The notes beneath the pieces are model-generated. The model made no database searches. It saw nothing but the letters and a program-made list of their open reading frames with translations, and was not told the origin of the DNA. DNA of 17,569 bases. It comes from Candidatus Hermodarchaeota archaeon (GTDB lineage: Archaea > Asgardarchaeota > Hermodarchaeia > Hermodarchaeales > Hermodarchaeaceae). How positions within the stretch are numbered: the first letter of the stretch is position 1; every line of letters begins with the position of its first letter. This document shows positions 7,524 through 15,208 of this stretch, piece after piece. A program made the position numbers and the translations under genes. The stretch covers positions 1-17,569 of the forward strand of contig JAEOTB010000051.1 in the NCBI GenBank assembly GCA_016840065.1, read 5' to 3'.

Positions 7524-7575
7524 ATGATGATTTACCAAAGTTGAGTAGAACGTAGTCCCAGCTAGTTGATGCTGA
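7524..7575 (+). ncRNA. Possible C/D box sRNA
   Basis: Intergenic perfect C box ATGATGA (7524-7530), possible D' TTGA (7541-7544) and D box CTGA (7572-7575), spanning 52 nt. No convincing C' box. Confidence 0.25.
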
Positions 7576-7606
7576 TATAGTAATCGGTAGTACAGTTGCT
7601 TGGGTA

Positions 7607-9568
7607 CTAGTAGCGTTCGTAGATTTTGATGAGTATAATGATAACCGCGGCTGTCAAGGCGATTGCGCTGATGAGAATAAGCGCTGTGAGAGGGTCAATA
7701 CCTGGTAGGGTTCCTTGAACCAGATATGCATAGGTAACAGAAACCCGTGTATTTTCGTAGAAATCGGTTGCTTCAATTCTGAAGAGAACGTTGGCGAATT
7801 GGTAGTATGCCATTGCACTGGCGAAGGCCGGGATAATGACTTCATACTGATTACCACTGGTATGAGTCATTGTAAGAGGAATGTAGATTACACCGTCGAA
7901 TGAGTAGTAGAGCGTTACAATGCTCACGTTAGTGCTATCTGTAACGTTGACACGAACTGTTACGGGATCTAGATTTGTAGGTGATTCAGGGAGATAGACG
8001 ATATAGGCAATGAGTGGAGGAGTGTCCGCAACAGTATAGTTTCTATCATCGGAAACATACCATTGATCCTGTGAATCATTAATGTAGATTCGGTATTGCA
8101 CCAAAGTCCGCTCAGGGAATGCAGGAATCGTTCCAGTAAAGTTTCTGAAAACGCTTCTAGCGCTGCGCATGGTGATGTTAGTCCAATCAGTTCCATTAGT
8201 CTTGTAGCTGAGAATCACATGGCTGACCCTTGCGTCATCACTAACTTCAACGGTCACATCCCCTTCATCTTCGTCAGTGGGTGGGTCGTTACCCTCTTCA
8301 TTAATGATAACTCGCACTAGTTCTGGCGGGTCTCTATCTATGATGAAAGGCTCCGAAAAGTCACTAATACCAATTACGGCGTCTCGTTGCAGTGTAGCGC
8401 TGACATTGAAGTTAGCAGTAATGTTGTATGTTTCACCGATTTCTAGCGTTCCTTCATCGAGGGATGCGTTGACATCAAAGTTCCAGAAATACCAGTAATC
8501 CCCAGTAGCATTCCAGTTGAATGTCCCATTGACCACGATGGTCGAGTCAGCGATGCGCCATATGCTAAAGTTGGTTAGGGTCATGTTAGCGTGTTCTAGA
8601 TAACCATGAATTGAGTCCCAGACACTTGCCACTGAGATGTTGAGTAACTGAATATCTCGTCCCACATATTCAATAACTGGTTCGTCGATGGTGAGGTAGG
8701 GCGCTAAAAACACAAAGGTGTCATCAGAATTAGGGCTTTGGCCTACGTGAAGGGGATCCTTTATGGAATAAGAAGCAGTAATTCGGATTTTGTACTCGTC
8801 ACCCGGTATTAGTATAGAGATGTTAAGTTCATCGACTTCCCATCGATCATCAATGCTGTTGTAACTGAGATTATTGGTCATTGTTTCTACAACGGTAACG
8901 GTCTGCCAGTTATTAGTGGTATTCAAGAAAGAGATGACATTACTACTTGTTTCGTTAAGGGTTCCCCAAATCGTACTTCTAATGTACGGAACGTATATGT
9001 CAATAGTACTTGATGTATCGGCGATGTATGTGAAGGTTGGTGCAGCGATTTTCAGGCTGTGCTGATAGTAGAAGCTGGTGGATCTACTTGTAGTGACATT
9101 CCAGATATCAGTTGTGATATTGCGCAAGAAGAAGCATTCCACGTTGTAATTATGGGGTTGGATTTGAGACATATTCGAGATGGTTAGGAGGCTGTAATTG
9201 AGCGCTACCCAGTGTGAACCATTAAACTGTAGATTATCCTCAAAGATCAAAGCGTCATCGGTTACGTTGTATACTCTGAATCTACTGACATTCAGGTCAC
9301 CGGCTTGACAATTAAGAAGATCAGGGGCTGAAACGTTGTAAACCCAGACTGAAAGCAGCGACGAATTCACGTTAGATGGAGCTCCCCAATAAATCATGTC
9401 GAAGTCGGTGTAGTTTAGAAATTCTGCCTGTGGTGTAACAACCGGGTCTCTGGCTTGAGTAGAGGGCACTCCAGCACCCGAATTGAAAAGCGGTGGTAGA
9501 ACCGAAATGGTCAAGATAAGAAGAAAGACCAATGAGCCAAGTGTACGACTTCTCACTATATTCACCAT
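7607..9568 (-). CDS. Secreted, C-terminally membrane-anchored repeat glycoprotein (beta-rich, Ig-like repeats)
   Basis: N-terminal basic and hydrophobic signal peptide, more than 25 N-x-S/T sequons, internal repeats, a C-terminal TM helix and a short KIYERY tail. Confidence 0.85.
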   Translation of the reverse strand: MVNIVRSRTLGSLVFLLILTISVLPPLFNSGAGVPSTQARDPVVTPQAEFLNYTDFDMIYWGAPSNVNSSLLSVWVYNVSAPDLLNCQAGDLNVSRFRVYNVTDDALIFEDNLQFNGSHWVALNYSLLTISNMSQIQPHNYNVECFFLRNITTDIWNVTTSRSTSFYYQHSLKIAAPTFTYIADTSSTIDIYVPYIRSTIWGTLNETSSNVISFLNTTNNWQTVTVVETMTNNLSYNSIDDRWEVDELNISILIPGDEYKIRITASYSIKDPLHVGQSPNSDDTFVFLAPYLTIDEPVIEYVGRDIQLLNISVASVWDSIHGYLEHANMTLTNFSIWRIADSTIVVNGTFNWNATGDYWYFWNFDVNASLDEGTLEIGETYNITANFNVSATLQRDAVIGISDFSEPFIIDRDPPELVRVIINEEGNDPPTDEDEGDVTVEVSDDARVSHVILSYKTNGTDWTNITMRSARSVFRNFTGTIPAFPERTLVQYRIYINDSQDQWYVSDDRNYTVADTPPLIAYIVYLPESPTNLDPVTVRVNVTDSTNVSIVTLYYSFDGVIYIPLTMTHTSGNQYEVIIPAFASAMAYYQFANVLFRIEATDFYENTRVSVTYAYLVQGTLPGIDPLTALILISAIALTAAVIIILIKIYERY

Positions 9569-9644
9569 CTGCCTGACTTAGTGGCACCGTTCCCTAAACA
9601 AATCCTAAAAAGGTTACGGTAATGCACGACTTCGCTCCTCTAGG

Positions 9645-10958
9645 CTAGATTATTACCCTTTCAACCTCGACTTGGCGGTCGCTGATGGTAAGGGTGTTGG
9701 TAGGCATCTTCTGTCCCCCGTAGAGTTCTGTTTCCTTCTCTCCTCGATAGAGGGCATCGGCAATTCTCGCCATAGCATCTGCTTTCATTATTCCGCTTCC
9801 ACTTGCTCCAGTTACTATGATGACACCTGCTTGCTCGTAGACATAGGGCAGTGCATCAAAAGAGTAGCAGTAGCTTCCAGCAAAGCTGTTTACTGGACGC
9901 ACATTCTGGAAAGCGGGGAAGTACTTGGAGAGGACCGGGTACATGCTTTCCTCAAAATAGGATCGTTCAGCCTTGTAGTCCTGCTCCTCCATCGAATATT
10001 TGTAAGCGCGACCAACTTTGTCACCGCAACCAATCCAGAAAGATTTTTCCTCAGGAACTGCGCGAAAATAGACTCCAGCGGAGGGGAGGATTGTAAAGGG
10101 TATGAAGCCTGCTTTACTGAAGCTCTTTGTGAAGAGGAGCTGTTCTAGTGAAGGATTATCACTTGCAGGAATTATGAAAAGCTGCCGTTTCTTAGCCTTA
10201 ACATAGCTTGAAATGCCTACAGGATCTAAGAGGGTATTGGTCCAAGGCCCGGCGGCGAGAACCACTGTTTCTGCCTGGAGTTCACCCTTTGGAGTTCGAA
10301 CTCCTGTAACATGTTTGTCCTGCCAGACATATGGCTCGCCTGGCAACCCTAGAGGGGGTTTGGCTTCTAGTATGAGACTTGTCACGGGGAGGCTGAAGCG
10401 TGGCTTGACCTTGCTGAGTTTGATGAACTCTTGTTTGTAGAATTTTACTAGTAGGTCTGGATCGAGAACACCGCACTCGGGTCCAAAAAGAGCGTAGTCG
10501 ATATCTTTGAGGTTCATCAATTGTGCTTCTTCATCGTCACCGGAGAAATGGGTGACCATCCCTGGAATAAGTTTCTGGAGTTCATCTTGTTCGTAAACCT
10601 TGTAAGCGATGTCGCTTTTCTCCATTCTCTGCATCCACATTTTCACGCTAGGTGCCTTGAACTGACCTTCACTAAGCAGCCAAAGGTATCCGCACATGTG
10701 CATCGTGAGGTCAAAACCAAGTTCCTCTTGGATGTGCCGGAAGAAAGTAATGGTAGAATCGGTAAGAAGCTGATTAGTGGTTGAGGAGAACATGTTTCGA
10801 ACAGCGGCTGCACTCATCGCTGTGTTCGCCTGCCCAGCTTCAGGTAGGCTATCGACAAGCAGGATGCTCTTCTCAGGGCTGCTCTTTTGTAGATGATAAG
10901 CAGTAGCAACACCGACGACGCCAGCACCTACAACAATGATATCAAACTTCTCGGTCAA
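9645..10958 (-). CDS. FAD-dependent oxidoreductase, DAO/DadA/sarcosine oxidase beta family
   Basis: Has DIIVVGAGVVG, VVLAAGPW and G.SGSGIMK. Likely start is TTG 10958, behind GGAGGA (the track extends to 11060, overlapping the activase). Confidence 0.88.
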   Translation of the reverse strand: MTEKFDIIVVGAGVVGVATAYHLQKSSPEKSILLVDSLPEAGQANTAMSAAAVRNMFSSTTNQLLTDSTITFFRHIQEELGFDLTMHMCGYLWLLSEGQFKAPSVKMWMQRMEKSDIAYKVYEQDELQKLIPGMVTHFSGDDEEAQLMNLKDIDYALFGPECGVLDPDLLVKFYKQEFIKLSKVKPRFSLPVTSLILEAKPPLGLPGEPYVWQDKHVTGVRTPKGELQAETVVLAAGPWTNTLLDPVGISSYVKAKKRQLFIIPASDNPSLEQLLFTKSFSKAGFIPFTILPSAGVYFRAVPEEKSFWIGCGDKVGRAYKYSMEEQDYKAERSYFEESMYPVLSKYFPAFQNVRPVNSFAGSYCYSFDALPYVYEQAGVIIVTGASGSGIMKADAMARIADALYRGEKETELYGGQKMPTNTLTISDRQVEVERVII

Positions 10959-11044
10959 TCGACAATCCTCCAGAATAATTAATACAAGAGACTGGCGTAC
11001 CATCTCTTTTTGTTCTTTACGGAAATTAGATAATATCAGATCCT

Positions 11045-11983
11045 TTACAGGACGATGCATTCGATTCCATGCTTCTCAATTACCTTTCTTAGTACACTCA
11101 TTGTATCCTTGCTAATCATCTGATTTGATGGCATTCTATAGAGTCTTCCAAGGTCCTCGTATTTTCCTCTCCCTAATTCATGATATTGGAGTAAGCGTAT
11201 CTTGGTGATTCCCAGTTTCTGACATAGGTTAACAGTTTCTAGGATGTTTTCTTCCGAATCACTTACTCCTGGAACAATGGGAACCGAGACTGTTATCCTT
11301 GAAGCGCCTATACTGGCTAGTTTCGCGATGTTTTGCAGGATAAGCCGATTACTCTTACCAGTTACCTGTTTGTGAAGTGTAGAATCCATGCATTTGATAT
11401 CATAGAAATAAAAGTCCAAATCTCCTATGAAGTCTGAGACCGTGCTCCATTTGAAGTGGCCACTAGTTTCTACTCCTACAGAAATACCGGTCGTTTTGCA
11501 GAGTTTGAGAAATTCTCTTACAAATACAGGTTGTGCTAATGGTTCTCCTCCGGACAGTGTAACTCCTCCACCAGAATTGCGGAAGAAAAGCGAGTTCACC
11601 TTAATCCTGTCATAAACTTCCTTAGGAGTAAGATGTTGACCTGATACCCTAATCGCTCTCTGTGGGCAGGTCACACTGCAAGGTTTCGCTTCACATGTTA
11701 AGCAGACCCTTCTTTTAAACCTAGGAAATCCATCCTTTCTGGTTGAGATTGCACCTTTGGGACAGACAGAAGCACATTTCATGCATTTTTTGCACTTCAT
11801 TCTGCTATGCATGATCTCAGGGTGGAACAGCTGCCCTTCTGGATTAGAACACCAAGTGCACCGAAGAGGGCATCCTTTCAAGAAAACCAAAGTACGAATT
11901 CCTGGTCCATCGTGTACTGAGTAGTCCTGGATGTCGAAGATTATACCTTGTTCTTCTGGGTCTTCGAGCGGAGTCTCTGACAC
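11045..11983 (-). CDS. Glycyl radical enzyme activating enzyme (radical SAM) with ferredoxin-like insertion
   Basis: Has HDGPGIRT.VFLKGCPLRCTWCSNPE (CxxxCxxC), the insertion CKKCMKCASVCP / CLTCEAKPCSVTCP, and GGGVTLSGGEP. Confidence 0.96.
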   Translation of the reverse strand: MSETPLEDPEEQGIIFDIQDYSVHDGPGIRTLVFLKGCPLRCTWCSNPEGQLFHPEIMHSRMKCKKCMKCASVCPKGAISTRKDGFPRFKRRVCLTCEAKPCSVTCPQRAIRVSGQHLTPKEVYDRIKVNSLFFRNSGGGVTLSGGEPLAQPVFVREFLKLCKTTGISVGVETSGHFKWSTVSDFIGDLDFYFYDIKCMDSTLHKQVTGKSNRLILQNIAKLASIGASRITVSVPIVPGVSDSEENILETVNLCQKLGITKIRLLQYHELGRGKYEDLGRLYRMPSNQMISKDTMSVLRKVIEKHGIECIVL

Positions 11984-12007
11984 AGCACTACACCCTAGAC
12001 TCGCTTT

Positions 12008-14488
12008 CTACATGGCCAGTTCGGTTCGGTCGATAATCTGGTCCTGGATTGTAGGGCTTAACTCTACGAAGAATGCACTAAACCCTGCAACGCGAACAAT
12101 AAGATCTCTATACTTCTCTGGATGAACCTTCGCGTCTCTGAGCATCTGAGTATCAACGACATTGAACTGAATTTGGAAACCAGGGTAGTCGAAGTAGGTC
12201 TTGATTAGTGCAAGAAGTTTCTGTGAGCCTTCAATTCCCTTTAGGGCGTGTGGGTGGAATTTCATGTTATGAAGACCACCTCTGATTTTAGTGTGGTCGA
12301 CCTTGGCAGCAGACATTATCGTGGCAATCGGACCCTTGACATCGGTTCCTGGGAAAGGTGAAGTTACACCATCGCAGAGGGGTTCTTCTGCCAGACGTCC
12401 GTCAGGAAAAGCTCCGCAGACTTTCCCAAAGGGGCCGTGAGTACTGATGGCCAGCATCGAAGGGTCATAGGGTTCACCGAGGTAATTAATTCCCTGTCTA
12501 ACAATTCTGCAGTACTCGTTGAAGAGGTCGACAAAGATCTGGTCGACGTAGTCATCGTTGTTACCCCACTTGGGCGCATCCAGGGCTTTGCGACGTAAAT
12601 CATCCCTACCTTCCCAGTTAGATTGTAGAGCAGCTTGGATATCTTCCATTGAGCAGATTTTGTCGTCGTCTACAAGTTTCCTCACAGCAGCTAACGAGTT
12701 GGTGACATTGACCATCCCACTGCTCAGCGTTGTTGGAGTCCCATTGCAAATCGCACCACAATCATCCAGTGATAGACCACGATCAATACAGTCTCGGACC
12801 AATACTGAGGAATAGATTAGATTACAAGTTTGTCGGTGAGCAGCCATCACGTAATTCCAATACCTCTGCCAGTTACGTATCGAAACATGCAGGTGGTGTA
12901 GATAGGTGTCGACTAGCTCGGGATAGGTTTCAGGAACAGGAGTGTCTGTGAATTGAATTCCTGTACGTGGGTCGCGTCCTCCGTTCATTGCAAGTTCCAA
13001 CAACTTGCCATGATTGATGAAGCCAGCTTGCACGACACCATAGCTCATACCCTCCATCGTTGGCTCAGTGCAACCTCCCATGGCGGCATATTTGCGAATG
13101 GTCTCAACGGGTAGTCCACTCCTCTGCAACTCGTGTTGAATGTACACTTTGAGGTTGAAGAATGCGGGGAAGCCGCAGCCAGTTTTTACGCACTCTATCG
13201 CCTTGAGAAGGAACTCCTCACTAAGAGAATCATCATACCAGATGGAAAGAGTAGGCTGAGTGGTTTGACAATTTATGGCTGACTCGATAATCATCATGGA
13301 TAGTTCGTTGTCAGCTCCCCTTCCGTTCTCGTCGGTTCCACCTAGAATCATGTTTTGGAATAAATTACCTGATCCTAGACCCTCCCATGAGAAGGAGGCA
13401 ACGTATTCAATTTCGGTCATTTTGACCCGGAGGGCTTCAAGCCATTCCAGGACTTCATCGTCGGTGATGCCGCCATTTTTGTAATATGGGTACATGTAGC
13501 GGTCAAATCGGCCAGGAGAATATCCTAGGTGGGCTCCCTCAATGTGTCCTGCCAGGTAGATAAACCAGAAGGCCTGCATGGCTTCCTTGAAGTTCCTTGG
13601 TGGATTCGCAGGGACCCATCTGCAGCGTTCTGCGATTTCAAGTAGCTCTTGCTTCCATTTAGCATCCTTTGTTTCCTTTGCTAGCCTTTCTGCCTCATCT
13701 GCGTAGTTGTTTGCCCACTTGATGGTGGCCTCAAGCACTCTTATGCCAGCTTTCCAGAAATAGACCTTCTCGGCAGACGAATAATCTGTTATTTCAGCCT
13801 CGTCAATCTTTGCTTGAATCCTTTCTATGATTCCTGTAAATCCCTGTGATAGGGCGGTTTCGAAGTCGAGGACATATCGTCCCTCAGGTGCAGGGTCATG
13901 CGGAGCAGTGTAGAGAACAGCTTGCCATCCCTTCTCAATGTAATCTGCTTCGGAATATATTGTCTTCCAGAGGGCATCGCCAACATCCTGCATACACTTT
14001 CCTTGGAAATACTCTGCACACTCTCTCAGTCTTTCTTTGTCCTCTTTTCTTATCAGAAACTTGTGAGAGAATAGCTCATAATCACCGCTCTCGGCTAGTT
14101 CCCTCCCCTTTGCAATTCCGCCGCCTTCCCCGAGATCGGTCACGCTGTCTTGGGCCTCTTGTTCTTCTTTTGCTAGAGCTTTCATAATGTAGTCAGACGC
14201 GTAGTTGCAATAGGGGATTGCACCCCGAGTGTACTGGGTCTTGCTCCCTACAAGCAAGGAACCTTCTCTGATGACTGGAATGAGGTTCTCTAGGGCATAT
14301 GCATGGCATTCGGCTCTTCTTTCAAGAGGATTAAAACCATCAGTTCTTTCGTGAGCAATCTTGTAATGGTAGATGTATTCTGGGTCAATAACAAGTGGTG
14401 CAGAGAGATAGTCATCACGTAGCTTCTCAACGCGTTTGGTTGACGGGGTGCCGCTAACCTCTCTTGCTACATAGCATTCTGTTCCCAT
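12008..14488 (-). CDS. Glycyl radical enzyme, most similar by eye to the HpdB/IAD arylacetate decarboxylase group
   Basis: Gly loop LIVRVAGFS (Gly codon 12083-12085), Cys loop GGCTEP (Cys codon 13070-13072), QIQFNVV, and an adjacent activase. GGTGA RBS. The GRE call is secure, the subgroup call is tentative. Confidence 0.93.
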   Translation of the reverse strand: MGTECYVAREVSGTPSTKRVEKLRDDYLSAPLVIDPEYIYHYKIAHERTDGFNPLERRAECHAYALENLIPVIREGSLLVGSKTQYTRGAIPYCNYASDYIMKALAKEEQEAQDSVTDLGEGGGIAKGRELAESGDYELFSHKFLIRKEDKERLRECAEYFQGKCMQDVGDALWKTIYSEADYIEKGWQAVLYTAPHDPAPEGRYVLDFETALSQGFTGIIERIQAKIDEAEITDYSSAEKVYFWKAGIRVLEATIKWANNYADEAERLAKETKDAKWKQELLEIAERCRWVPANPPRNFKEAMQAFWFIYLAGHIEGAHLGYSPGRFDRYMYPYYKNGGITDDEVLEWLEALRVKMTEIEYVASFSWEGLGSGNLFQNMILGGTDENGRGADNELSMMIIESAINCQTTQPTLSIWYDDSLSEEFLLKAIECVKTGCGFPAFFNLKVYIQHELQRSGLPVETIRKYAAMGGCTEPTMEGMSYGVVQAGFINHGKLLELAMNGGRDPRTGIQFTDTPVPETYPELVDTYLHHLHVSIRNWQRYWNYVMAAHRQTCNLIYSSVLVRDCIDRGLSLDDCGAICNGTPTTLSSGMVNVTNSLAAVRKLVDDDKICSMEDIQAALQSNWEGRDDLRRKALDAPKWGNNDDYVDQIFVDLFNEYCRIVRQGINYLGEPYDPSMLAISTHGPFGKVCGAFPDGRLAEEPLCDGVTSPFPGTDVKGPIATIMSAAKVDHTKIRGGLHNMKFHPHALKGIEGSQKLLALIKTYFDYPGFQIQFNVVDTQMLRDAKVHPEKYRDLIVRVAGFSAFFVELSPTIQDQIIDRTELAM

Positions 14489-14673
14489 TCTAGTTCACCA
14501 TTAACACGAAAATCTCATGATATTAGCTCAAGATGCTATTCTCTTTGCCCTAAATATCAGTTTTCAAATCACTAGACTCAGAGGTATTGAACGCGGTAGC
14601 CATCCCATCCCTAAACGCTTTTAGGAACAGGGAAACGATAAGATACAAACTTACTCTTTGGTTGATGATAAAA

Positions 14674-15153
14674 TTGGGTGATGAAGAATTTACGTTAGAG
14701 GGCATGAACGTGCCCACTGACAATGATATGACGAAGAAGCACGTGCCTGACCTTGAAGCGCCTAAACGCGTAAAGGCAGGTGAACCTTTCACCTTAAAGA
14801 TCAAGGTTGGTGGCTTTGATGGTGTGGAACACCCGAGCCTACTCGGTCACTGGATTAATTGGGTCGTGCTCTATGCAGGTCTGCGTCCTGTTGCCCGCGT
14901 CTACTTCTACCCGCCGATGACCGATGGATATGAAGTGACGTTACAGATTACTCTTGAAAAAACCACAATCTTCGTTGCACAAGCTTGGTGCAACCTACAC
15001 GGGCTTTGGGAGTCCCACGAGACTGAGGTTTCTGTGATTGGTGGGAAGGTCGAAGAAAAGCCTAAGGAAGAAGAGGAAGAAGACGAAGAAGAGGAATCCG
15101 AAGAAAAGCCTAAGGAAGAAGAATCCGAAGAAAAACCAGAAGAGTCAGGCTAG
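14674..15153 (+). CDS. sor: 1Fe superoxide reductase (neelaredoxin type) with acidic repeat tail
   Basis: Iron ligands KHVP, HP...H.I.W and CNLHGLW. The start is uncertain (ATG 14665, TTG 14674 or ATG 14704; the track gives 14587). Confidence 0.9.
   Translation: MGDEEFTLEGMNVPTDNDMTKKHVPDLEAPKRVKAGEPFTLKIKVGGFDGVEHPSLLGHWINWVVLYAGLRPVARVYFYPPMTDGYEVTLQITLEKTTIFVAQAWCNLHGLWESHETEVSVIGGKVEEKPKEEEEEDEEEESEEKPKEEESEEKPEESG
15051..15134 (+). repeat. In-frame direct repeats encoding EEKPKEEE / ESEEKP
   Basis: CGAAGAAAAGCCTAAGGAAGAAGA occurs at 15051-15074 and 15099-15122. GAATCCGAAGAAAA occurs at 15094-15107 and 15121-15134. Confidence 0.9.
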
Positions 15154-15208
15154 TTTCTTTAGGAGCGAAATCTGTAGGAACTCGATGGCAATTATGGAAC
15201 ATCTCGTT

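Noticed and set aside
7552-7564. GTAGTCCCAGCTA resembles a 7SL/Alu or 16S rRNA word
   Set aside because: It is only 13 nt, the flanks show no SRP or rRNA structure, and the gap is too small.
3609-14488. Choline to TMA (CutC/CutD) feeding a TMA methyltransferase
   Set aside because: The GRE has GCTEP and decarboxylase-like segments rather than recognisable CutC features. The MttB lacks pyrrolysine, which TMA-specific enzymes use.
12008-14488. Pyruvate formate-lyase or alkyl/benzylsuccinate synthase
   Set aside because: There is no adjacent Cys-Cys pair, no LCMSP-type loop, and no small bss/ass subunit genes.
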